A stretch of DNA of 63,741 nt, the filler included, from Kipferlia bialata (Eukaryota), in the NCBI GenBank assembly GCA_003568945.1. It is 6 parts of 6 records of this genome, joined end to end, with 100 filler letters (N's around TTAATTAATTAA, not from the genome) between each part and the next. Parts side by side here need not be neighbours in the genome. Positions count along the whole stretch, not along the records: positions 38,726 to 51,518 come from BDIP01001031.1; positions 51,619 to 58,568 come from BDIP01001042.1; 4 more parts are not named here. One strand, written 5' to 3'. Within the stretch, counting starts at the first letter, position 1; every line of letters starts with the position of its first letter. Shown one piece after another: positions 41,901 through 55,323 of the stretch. Both the position numbers and the translations under genes were made by a program. The notes below the pieces were generated by a model. That model had not been told where the DNA came from and searched no databases. It saw nothing but the letters and a program-made list of their open reading frames with translations.

Positions 41901-44818
41901 TCTCTCATATTTTGAGAGAGAGTATGTAGTGCTGATTATCGTGTTGTACGTACGGTCTGTGGTAGGCACTCTTATCGTTTAGTTATCTGAGTCTCTGAGA
42001 GAGTAGGAAGTATTATAGTGTACGTACCGATATGCTATATTAGTCATATAGCATACTATATCAAAATTTGAGAGAGTGCTAGTTATCGTGTTGTACGTAC
42101 GCCGTACGTAACGTACGGTCTGTGGTACTGTGGTAGAGCTGGGTCATGCGCCCCCTGTAGCTCTGGTAGAGAGAGTGCTGGGTTGATTCGGGGACGTCCA
42201 GGGCAACAGAGCGGTACTCGGCATCGGGAGGAGATAACATAGGGCACTCCTAAGGTTAATGGATAATTAACAAAATGGTACACATACATTATGCACATCA
42301 ATTTATAAATCAATATGTAATGGCACTTGAGTGGTACTCGGCATCGGAAGGAGATAGCATGGGGCACTCCTAAGGTTAGAGCCTCGAACTTAGAGGTAGA
42401 TGTATACATAGTCCCAATGAGAGTCTAATATATATATGCAACAAAGCGGTACTCGGCATCGGGTGGTACATATATACACAATCTGTAGTGCCATAATATT
42501 CTCCCCATACCTTCAGCATGAACAGGCAGTGCCAAAAGGCATGTATAAATATGTACTATATATTTACACTACCCTTCTNNNNNNNNNNNNNNNNNNNNNN
42601 NNNNNATGTACTATATATTTACACTACCCTTCTCATACTACCCTTCTCAATATGTATATATATACCTTCAGCATATAAAGGCAGTGCCAAAAGGCATGTC
42701 TAACTATGTACAACATATTTACACTATCCTCCCCATAATCCCGCCATATCATATGGAGTCCATATGTATATATATACCTTCAGCATAAACAGGCAGTGCC
42801 AAAAGGCATTGGTATTGGGGTCCACTTGAGACTGGCCCCTCTTGCGCTTGGCTCGTGGCTTCTTTGGGGTGTCACGTAGCTCACACAGTCTGGGTGAGAA
42901 GTATAGAGGTAACGTCATGCTAGTTAGGTTACGTACGATGGGAAAGATACCAGATTCTTTGATGTCTGTATTCACAATTCTCACCCACTAGACAGCATCA
43001 GCACTGCCACCTCGTTCAGAGGACCACCTACCTATACGCCTTCTCTAGGGATGGTGCACGAGGTTCGTGAACCATCTCTCTCGGTATAGTATCCACTCTG
43101 ACTGTATATATATGTTCTCTGCGTCACATAGTAAGAGACACACAATATTTGTACCTCCTAGTCAGTTTGAGCACTGACACCTCATGTACCATCTCTAGTG
43201 ATGGTGTATAGGTAGGTGGTATCTCATCTGGAGACAGAGTGAGACCAGCGAGACAGGCAGATATGTAGGCGAACTCCCCTCCTAGTCTCTCCCTACGCTC
43301 TCTGTCCTCTGCCCACTTGGGCCCCTTGTACCTGGGTTAGATATATATATATATATGCAATATTTGCATATATGGTATATTGAACAAGTATATGACTCCT
43401 CTCCCTGTCCTCTGCCCACTTGGGCCCCTTGTACCTGGATCAGAATATCTATTTAGTCTATACCCGCCCTTGTACCTGGATTGGAATGTCTTAGAATACA
43501 ACACAGATCTTTGTCTCATATGCAGCTATTACTCAGCAGATATCAACTACATATAGTATATAGATACTCTATTTGGTAGAGTATGTAGCATACAGTATAT
43601 GGTATAGAGAATATAGGTAAATGTCTATACCTCCGATTCCACCTGAGACTGAGTCTGTCTGGGATCTTATCTGGGTCAGCCAGTGTCCCTGTGACACTAA
43701 TAGTCAGGTAATAGGTTGAATAAATAGTATATGGAGAATCGAGCACCACTATATTATACGTTATGGTATATGAACTTCATATACAGTACAATATGCCTTC
43801 ATATAATATGAAGGCATATTGTACTGTTGACCTCACCTCTCTAGGATGGGCATCAGCATGTCCTAATTCTATATAGTAGTAGTATAATGTTGTATTGTAT
43901 ATAATTGTATATGGTATTATACCATTGATATACTGTCGACCTCACCTCTCTAGGATGGGTATCAGCATATCCCCCACTGATCTACAGGTACTGAGGAGGT
44001 CAGCCCTGAGTTAGGATACGGTTACACATAGAGAGATATACGATGTCAGTTTACATAGACTTACTAAATACTATATGCCATATACGTGTGCAAATAGTTG
44101 TGCATGTGATGAACTGAGGCAGTCAACCTTCAATGCGTGAAGAGGGAGAGACAGGGGAATAGAGGATACTGTGTATTCCCATCATCAACAATGACCTTCA
44201 CGTATACTACGGATATTTGTGTAGTGAGTGAATTGCACCAGTGTAGAGAGAGCAAAGTCAGTAGTAACAGAGATATGGTAATCAACTCAACATGTAGCAT
44301 GATCTGAGGGCAGTTGGCCTAGTATATATACACGTATATGTTATATATCCTGCAGAGCGTCTACGGTAGTGTATGTATATACACATTGTATGGTTCAATG
44401 TATATAGTTTCTTTTCCCTGCGTAGTAGCCCCACCTTGCCGTATGAAGAACGTCAAGCTCTCGCTCTCTCTCTCCCTCTCCCTCATCACAATCTGTCTCT
44501 GTAATGGGGCTGCATATCTCTCGAGGCACTGAGTCAGAGAGATCATATGATTAATACTTCATAAACAGTATATGAGTAATATACTATATCAAGTGGTGCC
44601 ATTTCTTCTCTCGAGCCACTGAGTCAGAGAGGGTATATAACAATATTGAATCTGGATCAACAATATATGACCACCTGAGTTGATCATTACTTAGCTGGGT
44701 GTAAATAACAAACTATCCAGTATTAGCTACTGTAGGAAGCTAGAGTATTGTATGAGGCATATATACAGTATAAATTCAACACTATCTGTACATACCCAGC
44801 GTAAAGTGGGGGTGCCAT
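38937..44818 (-). CDS. Hypothetical multi-exon protein with beta-strand-rich (propeller/kelch-like?) C-terminal half; 5' exons uncertain
   Basis: Exons include YKGPKWAED.., LCELRDTP..HCLFMLK|ECPMLSP.., HAALFFGGCVYYIT..SVFECPIDTMEWREI, LWAFDP, VQLGSYLFRVRLK|GEYIAHLLAMDTVTQREEVW..|..RALEEVYGQ* (stop 38937). The start at 44818 (MAPPLYAG) is tentative. Confidence 0.5.
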
Positions 44819-45782
44819 ATGAGACCCCTCACTATGTGGGTAACAAATATGGGGCTATCTTTACCCTAAGGTGAAATAAATGAGAATTATTATGATCACG
44901 CGGAAAGACAGGAAACAATTAGTAATGTCTAGTAGACAATGTCTGCACAACAATGCGAAGCAACACTTTCAGCCTATACTCTGATGGTAATCAAAAGAAT
45001 AATTGTATGTGTCAGAAGTCGCGGTCTGCTTAGAAAGAGGGAGGAGGGAGCAGGAGAGGGGGGTGAGGGTGAGGACATGTACTGGTGACTAACATACGCA
45101 TGTAGTCAGAGAGAGAGAGAGAGGGGGGGGGGGGGGGGTTTTTCCCCACAGCAAATCCCCCCCCCCCCCCCCCCCCCTTATAGAGTAGAAATCTATATAG
45201 GTGCCTACTACCCCCCCCCCCACCTGCTTCCACAGACACTATTGCCATGAGTCACGGCCTAGATATACCACATACACATACCACATACAAACAATGTATA
45301 ATACCTAGCCCCACCAACAGCAGAGCTATCCACCCACTCCCAAACCATGCCCTAATCCTCATTCTAGCAATCAGGTTCCTCATAAGGAGCTATCCTCAAG
45401 GTATAATGGTACTGAGGTAGGCAGAGAGATGGAGAAGAATCTTGTCGGTGTCATTTGACGAGTTGAGAAGGGGTTGACCTTGTTTTTGTTTGAGTCGTAT
45501 GTACTCAGTGTTATACATTCATACTTAGGCCAGGGTGATATTATGCCAGTGTGATATTAGGACAGGGTGATATTGAGTGTTTAAAGACTGGACACCAGTA
45601 ACCTCTTATTATACACCTCTTTGGCAAGTAACCTACTCATGATATATCTATTCTCACACTGTCTCCTCTAATGTCCATCATAGTGTGGGCACAACTCACT
45701 AGTATGTAGTGTACCCTCTCTAGTATGTAGTTTACCCTCTCTAGTATGTAGTTCACTCACTGTAGAGTGTAGTGTACCCTCT

Positions 45783-46434
45783 CTAGTATGTAGTGTATCC
45801 AGTCTGGGTGTAGACAGGGGCAGCCTCGTACCCGCCCATCTGGAGGTGAGGGATAAAATAGAAGTATATAATATCATTATACTATTGCATATGGTAATCC
45901 TATAAGTTAAAGTACCCGCCCATCTGGAGGTGAGGGATAACAGCAGTACACCTAGAATAGAGATGGACAAATATATATGTGAAAATATAACGTGATATGT
46001 ACCCGAAGCCGTACCCATCTGAAGGTGAGACAGAATAGACATACTTATATAGTGATGGATATATTCTCAGACAATGATATGATATACTACAATACCTATA
46101 TATATATATATATATATACATATACACTAGTATATACTATATCTATACCTGCTGGGGTGCCACTCCGGCATTGACCACACAGGTGTATATATATATTCAT
46201 CTATATACTAAGAATATATGTCAATATATATGTCTATATATACTATACTATACTATATCTATACCTGCTGGGGTGCCACTCCGGCATTGACCACACTGCC
46301 ATAATACATATATATATCTATATATACATACATACATACACATACATATATATATATACATATATATGTATATCCATACCTGCTGGGGTGCCACACCGGC
46401 ATTGACCACATTGCCGTTGTACACAGCAGGCATC
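45783..46434 (-). CDS. Last two exons of an unidentified gene (MPAVYNGNVVNAGVAPQQ|MGGYEAAPVYTQTGYTTY*)
   Basis: Phase-0 GT-AG exons. A synonymous GGT/GGA difference in the intronic echo copies supports this frame. Upstream exons are not present. Confidence 0.45.
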
Positions 46435-46610
46435 TGGGGGTCAGGGCAAATATGCAATCGACCTTACTATTGTATATCCGTTAGATGTTGCAATATATAT
46501 ATATGTAAGCCTGGCAATGGCATCCAAGATGTAACCTCCGGCAATACTATATAGATAATGCAACAGTATACATGTAGAATATACATAGAGTATTAATATA
46601 GTGTGCATAC

Positions 46611-46682
46611 CTGGTAATGGCATCCAAGATGTGATCTCTGACAGTCTGAGTCCCCGTAAGATAGTGCTCTTACCAGCAGCAT
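46611..46682 (-). pseudogene. Orphan copy of the Arf-like GTPase P-loop exon
   Basis: 72-nt AG/GT-bounded exon DAAGKSTILRGLRLSEITSWMPLPG, paralogous to 51321-51392. No further Arf exons are recognisable nearby, and it is out of phase with the next exon. Confidence 0.6.
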
Positions 46683-47202
46683 CTGGTGGGGTCAGAATAC
46701 AGAATAGATATCAACATCAATACACAAGTTTCAATATCGTGGGTAGATGTATAGCTTGGCAGCAGAGGGTTTCACTATAGATCCCAATCCTTATATGCCG
46801 GACTTGATCCTCAAGTTGAGGACATTTTCATTACTGTATACGCCGTATACTATACGGCCAGTCCGTCATAAGTGTTTCACATTGGATGTTAATGCAATTG
46901 GTCTCAGACCTGTATTTGTACTACCTGTAGCTGGTAACACTGGATAAGACGAGAGGTCTGTTGTCCCTGTGTGCCTCATATACGACGTTCCATATGGTAG
47001 TATTCACTACAGTCCCATCTATACAGTAGTATAGTATGTAATGAATGGTTTGCTATACCGTAACAGTATTCCCATGTACTTAACCAATTACTACCGAGAC
47101 TGGCAGCTTCTGTATGTAGCCATCAGCTTGGAACCTCTAGTATGTTTCTTTGGTGCCGCCCAACCAGAACACACCACTATATTCTCTCAAAGCACACCCT
47201 CT

Positions 47203-49067
47203 TTAGCTCACAGCCTTTGCCAGCTTCACTCCTAGGTCACGAGCTTCTGTCATTACCTGGAGATGAGAGGGTAAGAACAGGTTACCCTTCATATAGAGTT
47301 GTTATGGTTTGTGCCAACATTATTAATAAATGTTAGGTCTTTACTATATAATATAGTTCACAGCATACACACCTCCGTGTTCTCGGCCACACCTCCTATG
47401 TCAAACACTCCTGTAACAGGTAGCTCACCAACAACCTCATACCCTAGGGCCTCAACAGACATATGAAGTGGCTATACAGTGAGATTGGGTCACAGAAATA
47501 GATTATGTATTCACTGTTCTGGGGAGTGCAAAGGTAGAGCGAGGATCAGTAGTGGGCGCAGTCGACTGTGTATGTATATATAGGTGTCAGGTTCAATTGA
47601 GAGATACGTAGTCAGGTGAATGACGCCTGAAGTACCTCGAGTGTGAAGTCCACCCCCTTTCTGTCATTGTCCTCACACACTGCCACTAGAACAGCCTTTC
47701 TGCCCTGGCCCTCGCAGTAAGTAAGTAGTGTCGTATATTCAGTATATAATGCCACTGACTGTATAGCACTCATCTAGGTAGGAGTAGTGTAATATGACAT
47801 TATTCATGTGGTGTCTAGAGTATTACACGAATTCTCACAGGGACAAGGAATTGACTCAACCTATGGGTAGCATAATCAGGATATCTATATATACCTGCAT
47901 CTTGCTCTGGTACTCTCTTGGACGATCATCACTGAAGTTGTACAGACAGTACAGTCTAAGGTGAGATACGTCATGACGTGTATAGTATCACGTCGCCTAC
48001 TCAATGTGATGAGTATTGAGTAAATAATATACACTGCTTATCAAGAGTGAATACCAACTCTGTGGCGTCCTCAAAGACAATCACTCTGTGCATACAGGAG
48101 ACACTACTTAACAATATTTTCCTAATCGGTGTACCTATCAATGACTGCCTTCATCCAGGCTCTTTGCAGAGAGCAAAGGTTACATAGTGTGTGTGATGAT
48201 ACACAACTTTCTAAAATCAACTACTCATGTACCTGTCTATGAATGCCTTCATCCAGGCTGTCATGTTGAATGTATGCACAGGGGTCACGAGGATAAGGGC
48301 CTTGGAGTCTATGACCTTACATAAGAACTCCATAAGTGATTTATGATAACACAGACACCATGCAGTTCTATATCTGTACAACAATTTAGTAACTTTCCAC
48401 AGTTGCAGTCTCAAGTTGTGAGACTATCAAGTTGATAGTATCAACCACAAACATTCAATGATCCATAATATAGAACATACCTCAGGGTACATACCAGTCA
48501 TGTCATCCTTGAATCTCACATACACACACACACATACACATATATATACATAGGTGTATATTGAGATAGACATGATACCTCTCGGTACAGATGAGTCATG
48601 TCATCCTTGAATCACACACACACACATATGTAATTCTCTCATATGCATAAGTATACATACTTATATATACATCATACCTCTGGGTACCTCACCCACCCAC
48701 CCACGCATACACATAAGTGTATATACATGATACCTTGGAGTACAGACTAGTCATGTCGTCCTTGAACCTCACACATGTCCCAGCCTTCCTGCATGCCTCA
48801 CAGCCTATGCATGGTGAATACTGTAGATCAGCCAGACAGTGGCTCTGAGTACTGGCACCGTGCTCTCTTGCGGCACTCAGTATAGTCTCTAGCAGAGTGG
48901 CGCTGTTGCCTCCCTTTCTGGGGTCAAGATCAATATGTCAATTATAGCTCTAACACTCCTTCTTACCAAGAAAGAGAAACTATAGGTACGCGATAGAGTT
49001 ACTACCTAGGGCTGCCATTTAGACCCAGGACGCTTCCATCCTTCGGTAGTCTGACACGGATGTCCAT
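47203..49067 (-). CDS. isf: Iron-sulfur flavoprotein (Isf; NADPH-dependent FMN reductase/flavodoxin-like family)
   Basis: MDIRVRLPKDGSVLGLNGSPR|KGGNSATLLE..PCIGCEACRKAGTCVRFKDDM (CX2CX2CX5C), LILVTPVHTFNMTAWMKAFIDR|LY, GRKAVLV, EARDLGVKLA. Complete, 7 exons. Confidence 0.88.
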
Positions 49068-49482
49068 ACCAGTGAGAGGTTGTAAGCACTTCTCGTTAGC
49101 TCTGTCTCTAAGATAGCCAGGTAACTACGAGAGGCTAATCTAAGGAAGAGACGAGATACATTGGAAGTTTGATGCCTTTCACTTCGATGTTTTCTATACT
49201 GTAGTATACTGTAGTATACTGGAACACTGTAGTGTCAACAGTGATAACTATTGATTCTATTCACAGTGTTGGTGCTCTAATGCTTCAAATGCTGGGGACT
49301 CGACTATACAGTTCTGGAGGGAGAAAACAGGGAGATAGCTTACTTTGCAAGTATCAGCCAATCTCTTCAAAGTCAACACAACACCAATCGTAGAATTCTG
49401 CCTCTTACTCCTCATAGACCACTCTCTAGATCTGTGGCTCAGAGAACTTGTCTATTATCAACCTTCGCCTGTGAATATATTG

Positions 49483-51392
49483 TTAGTGTCTCAACCTCCG
49501 TAGCTGTTTCCCCAACCACTTGAAACCGGCCTTTACACCTGATGATCAGCATATATATATATAGTGTATGTGCTGTTCCCATCCACGGCAACGGTACCCC
49601 ATAACTAGAGCTTAAACCCACCTTCATTCAATTCACGCAAATTTTGATTCAATATTATGTATATAGAATATATTGTATATGTATTAAGAAGTATCATAGC
49701 AGAGGATGCATGCCTGTATGTATTGGACTATGCTTCTGTTGTTCTGTTGTTATCTGTTACTACAAGAAGATACATATTCATGTTAGACATACCTCTACCC
49801 CTGGTACCAACTGTTGGCTGCACCCGCCACTCTCTTCCAGCCAGGTCCCTTAGGTGCAGACACTCTGTGACCTGATCAACTGACATGGCACTAGGGAGGT
49901 CCTAAGTATTAAGAAGATAGATACTAAATATATATATACTGTATAATATATTAGAAAATGTGTATGTATGAGTATATATAATGATCACTGACCGACATGG
50001 CACCAGGGACATCCAAGCATTAACAAAACACTTGTATATATATACTATCATATATATACAATACAGTATAAACTGATCAACTGACACGGCACCAGGGATG
50101 TTCTAGTGTTTTGTATATATGTCAATGTAATACTTACACTAATCATTCCCACCTGTTTGTTTGCAAGTACCAGTAAAGGTGTTCCAATGAGCGCGTCTTC
50201 ACTCATGTACTGGTGCAATACACGTCTGGCGTCCTCTATCCTACCAACATCATACTCAGAACAGTTGAAGACAAAGACCACAGCGGATCTGTCTCTAGAG
50301 TTAAGTGGATGTGTAATTTTATAGGGAAGCTGTATTTTGGTGATATTTTAACAACAGTATGGTCAATTAGATCATCATAGATAAGATCATAGGTGAACAG
50401 TCTCTATCTTGAATACACAGTTAAGTCACAGAAAGAGTATATCTATATATACACCCCTGTATATCCTTGAACGAGTCAGCTGTATGATTGGGAAGACGAA
50501 GACAATTGGAGGGCGAAATGAAACACACCACCCACCTACAAAAGAGCCGCCGTGCCTTGCTACTGCCCATGAGATCTGACCCTCCTGGGAGTCAGCCAGT
50601 ATTCACTACACATACATAAAACAATAAGTACAAAAATACAGTACAGTACATTTTCATTATATTGTATTAATGTACCCTGCTACCCTGCCCATGAGATCAG
50701 ACCCTCCTAGGGGTGAGTATGTACACATACTTACATATATACAAATTTACACATACACAAATATTTATATATACATACATACTTATATATATACATACAT
50801 AAACTCATACATGTTAAAGAGGTTCTCTTTCTCCCAGGAGTGAGCAGATATATACAATCACATTCACGAATATACATACATATGAATATATGTAATATGC
50901 ACATATATATGTAAATTCACACACACACACTATATATGCACATGCACCTTCCAATGTCCTAGCAGGCTATGCATATATATACATATATATACATAAAGAA
51001 ATTCACACATATGTATTAACATATACACATACCTAAGTCGTAGCAGTCTATGCATACATTCCTGTACTGCACTGCCTCTATCTGGCAACCTGGGGGTGAG
51101 GATAAACACCTCATATTACCTCTCCTTTTAACACTCCAATACATATAGTATGGAAAGATATTGTATAGGGGGGGGGGAGAGAGAGAGAGAGAGAGATATT
51201 ACAGTATCAGTGATACAAATTCTAACCCGGAAATGGCATCCAAGATGTAACATCTGACCACACTATATGTAGAGAACATCACTGTACACATATATACATG
51301 ATGACATATATGGTATGTACCTGAGAATGGCCACCAAGTTGTGATGTCTGACAGCCCGAGACCCCTTAAGATGGTGCTCTTACCCGCAGCAT
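49483..51392 (-). CDS. Divergent Arf/Arl-family small GTPase, 5' truncated
   Basis: DAAGKSTIL (G1), IEAVQYRNVCIDCYDLGGS (G3), AVVFVFNCSE..RIEDARRVLH, PLLVLANKQ|DL (G4), LHLRDLAGREWRVQPTVGTRGRG|VKAGFKWL. Confidence 0.85.
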
Positions 51393-51469
51393 CTAGTATC
51401 AGTTTCCCTAAGAGAGTGTCATTGCACTACTTATATGTATATATGAATAGCCTGTGTGATCATATAGAG

Positions 51470-51518
<49 letters not shown>

Positions 51519-51618
51519 NNNNNNNNNNNNNNNNNNNNNNNNNNNNNNNNNNNNNNNNNNNNTTAATTAATTAANNNNNNNNNNNNNNNNNNNNNNNNNN
51601 NNNNNNNNNNNNNNNNNN
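51519..51618. other. Artificial contig linker
   Basis: N-run + TTAATTAATTAA + N-run, 100 nt. Confidence 0.98.
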
Positions 51619-51925
51619 CCCCGGGCGCCCTCCCCCTCCCCCCCCCCCCCCCCCCCCCCCCCCCTCTCTCTCTCTACCCGTCCCCCTCTCTTTCCCACCA
51701 CCTGGTGCAGTATACTCTCTGACACTACTCTCTCTTTCTCACTATGCTTTTCTGTGGGTCCTCTAGTGAATTGGCTATTCAGTACTCTGCCCCTTTGTAT
51801 TCTCCATATGTCTAATAGTATTATTCTATATGTCTGATATTATTATTCTATTTCCTCTTTACTCCTTGTGCCACGGCTACTTGGTATATGTATCTGTGTA
51901 GTTAGGGTCTATTCACTGATTCCAG

Positions 51926-54900
51926 GCTGCCCTCCAGCTATACTCTGCCCATGGTGGGATTGGGGTGCTCGCATACGCACAGGTGCGGGTGTGATATGTG
52001 ACTTCATTCCAATACGTATACTACATTGAATTAGAATCATTGTATCATTATTGTCAGTATATGGTGGGTATATTGATGTTCATACTACTATGTCTAATAG
52101 CAGGCAGGTCCATCCTTCCCCACCCTTACCTAACATGGTGCTAATACAGTATACCAGGATTACCTAATATCAGTGTATTCATGATAGTATCCTTTGTAAG
52201 TGTGTCTAATAGCAGGCAGGTCCATCCTGCCCCACCCTGCCCAACAAGGACCTTGCTCTGCACTGGGACTGCATGTGCCAGCAGGTATACATGTATATAC
52301 TAGATACTATTATTATAATTTTGAATATATGCTTGTCGGTATTCATGAATGAATACTCCATTAACCCCTTCAGGCCAGACACCGGGTGCTCTTTCAGCTG
52401 CAGAGGGTGCCAAACAGGGGGAGAGAGAGAGAGACAGGACCTGCAGTGGGGGAGAGAGACAGTGTTAGTGTCAGTCGAGGACCACCCACACCTGCAGAGA
52501 GAGGGAGGGAGAGAGAACGAGAGAGGCACACCCCTGCCCTACCCCCCCACACCCTTCACTTGGAGGGAGGGGGTGTGATTATGCTGGAGCGCCCGCACTA
52601 CTACAGGGACTATGGGGACTCTGCCTTGACAGCCACGCCCTCACTATCTGCTACACCCTATTTACCACCCATACCCTTACCCACATTCGGAGTGGTAGGT
52701 GGTGATGATGCTCGCTCTGCCTCTAAGAGTGCAGCCACTGGGTCTGGGGATGCACATGTCCCCACTCCATGTACTGCAGGGAGGGAGAGAGTGGGAGAGA
52801 ATGAGGAGCTACGCCCGCGGAGAGGAGCAGAGAGAGAGAGTGGGAGCAAGTATGACCATCATGCCACACGGTGCTGTGAGAGGGAGTGCGTTCAGCAGTT
52901 TGACACGTATCTGAGGGTGTTTAAGAGCAGGTCTGTCAGGGGGTATAGCTACAGTGCCGAGGACAAGTGTGTGGCTGACCTACCTGCGTACAGACTCTCC
53001 CATGCATTCCTGGGGGAGTATGCAACATTGGCAGAGAGGGGGTGCACATATAGGGATAAGGTACCGCATTGCGGTATACATTACATATATATATTGAGAG
53101 AAAGAGAGAGAGAGGTATGTCACAATGGCAGAGAGGGGGTGTACCTATGAGGATAAGGTATGCATAGTGTACATGGTGATATACATATGTAGAGAGAGGT
53201 AAAGTAGGCCATAGGGGCACAGAGGGTATACATATCAGGATAAGGTACCTATCCTGTCTATCCTGGTATATATAGATATATAGGGAGAGAACAGGGGGGT
53301 AGATAGTGGGAGAGAGTCTGCCACATGGGCTGAGAGGTTCACATATCAGGACAAGGTTCTCCTCAGTATCATTACATTATGTAGACTTGTGTATACGTAT
53401 CATTAAGTATATGTCTAACCACTGGAGGGCCTTCATGGTCAAGCGGCGCTTGAATATATACTGTACTATATACTGAATAGAGTACATTGTAGTATACTAT
53501 ATATGGGTGTGTTACATATATGTTCATTAACTATATGTCTAACCACTAGATGGCCTTCATGGTCAAGTGGATGCTGGACTCACCCCGGTCAGATGCCATG
53601 ACAGAGTCACACTTCACAAGGTATAGGCAATAGCATTATGTATATATCCTATACTATTAACATGGTATATGTATATCTTATATACTGATACCCAATGACA
53701 TGACAGAGTCATACTTCACAAGGTATATAGGGAATATATATATGTATATATACTAATACTTATGATACTAACCCCAGATACATCCACCCCCTGTGACACT
53801 GGCATATCCCACATCATGATACTAATACCCTCTCTCTCTATATATATACATATATACATCTAACCCTAGGTACATCCACCCCTTATCATGCCCCTGTGAC
53901 ACTGACATATCCCACATCATGACACTGATACCCTCTCTCTTTATTATATGTGCATATATGCATCTTTCCATAGGTACATCCACCCCCTGTCCTGCCCCTG
54001 TGACACTGGCATATCCCACATCATGAGGGTGCCTGTCTCCATAGTCACTCTCATGAGACGGAACCAGCACTCAGTGCCACTCTCTCTCTCTCCCTCACCC
54101 CCTCCCTCTCCCTCTGTGTGTGAGGAGAGCGCCTCTCTCTCCCACTCATCGTGTCAAGAGAGAGAGAGAGAGAGCGCGGATACAGAGACATCTGGCTCTG
54201 TGCTTGACTTCTGCCACTCCTCCTCAGAGACAGGGTCATCCTCTCTCTCCCCCTCTTCCTCCTATGATGAGTCTAGTGCATACAGCAGCCTCGAGCCCCC
54301 ACCCCTCCCTGACGACATTGCCCGGCTCATACTACCCACAGCCACATCTGCCCCTGTGCGTGTACTCTCTAGTGCCGCGCATGACACACCCTCACCACCC
54401 ACTACACCCACTGGTATTTCTAGGCCTAGTAGTAGTAAGACCCTCACCCTGCAAGAGGAGCATGATAGAGGCCTCGCCCTACTAGATGGATACACCAACC
54501 CTGCCTATGACACCGACACAGACGCCAAGGAGGCAGTGCTGCTGGCCCTAAGGGGTTTCAACATGGGCATATCTGTCGGACTGGCCAAGGTGGACCTAGG
54601 AAGAGCCAAGCGGTGCTTTGTGACAGACTGGCTATTAGACAGTGACAGGAAGCCTCGCATTGACATAATATCTGCCTATAAGCTACTGAGGTGTAGCGAG
54701 AGGACAATAGGGTATGTCATGCGGGGGGGCTCGCCTAAGCGTGCTAGGATAGTGCTGGACGAGCATGGTGTGCCCACGCCATGCAAAAAGGGTGTAGGAG
54801 AGCAGGTGGATGAGGGTTCAACTGGTGAGGTTAGAGGTGGTATCAGACAGAGACCTAGGAGAGGAGTGAGACGGAGAGATAGGCCGAAGAGAGGAGATAG

Positions 54901-55279
54901 AGAGAGAGAGAGACCCAAGCGGGGAGAGAAGGAGAGAGAGAGAGAGACCATCGTTAGGCTGACAGAGGCAGAGCCCCATGCCTATGAGCACAGAGGCAGG
55001 GTGTACAATGAGAGGTAATGTGTATTTGTATGATATTACACACATAAGTATAGTAGTGAGCACAGGGGGAGAGTATACAATGAGAGGTCAGTATAAGTGT
55101 ATATTCATATATACGAGTAAATATATATGTTTTAGTAATCTCCAGAAGAATACCTGTCTGTGGTGCATATATCACCAATGCCTAGTGTATTAGTATATGT
55201 ATGATAATGAATGTATACAAATATCGCAAACACATAGGGGTATCCCTGTCTGTGGTGTCTGGACCACTCAGGGCACTCT

Positions 55280-55323
<44 letters not shown>

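Noticed and set aside
43945..44320. F-box motif at the start of the contig-4 gene (NCPQIMLH..ADLLSTCRSV)
   Set aside because: The resemblance is weak and exon joins in this part could not be established.
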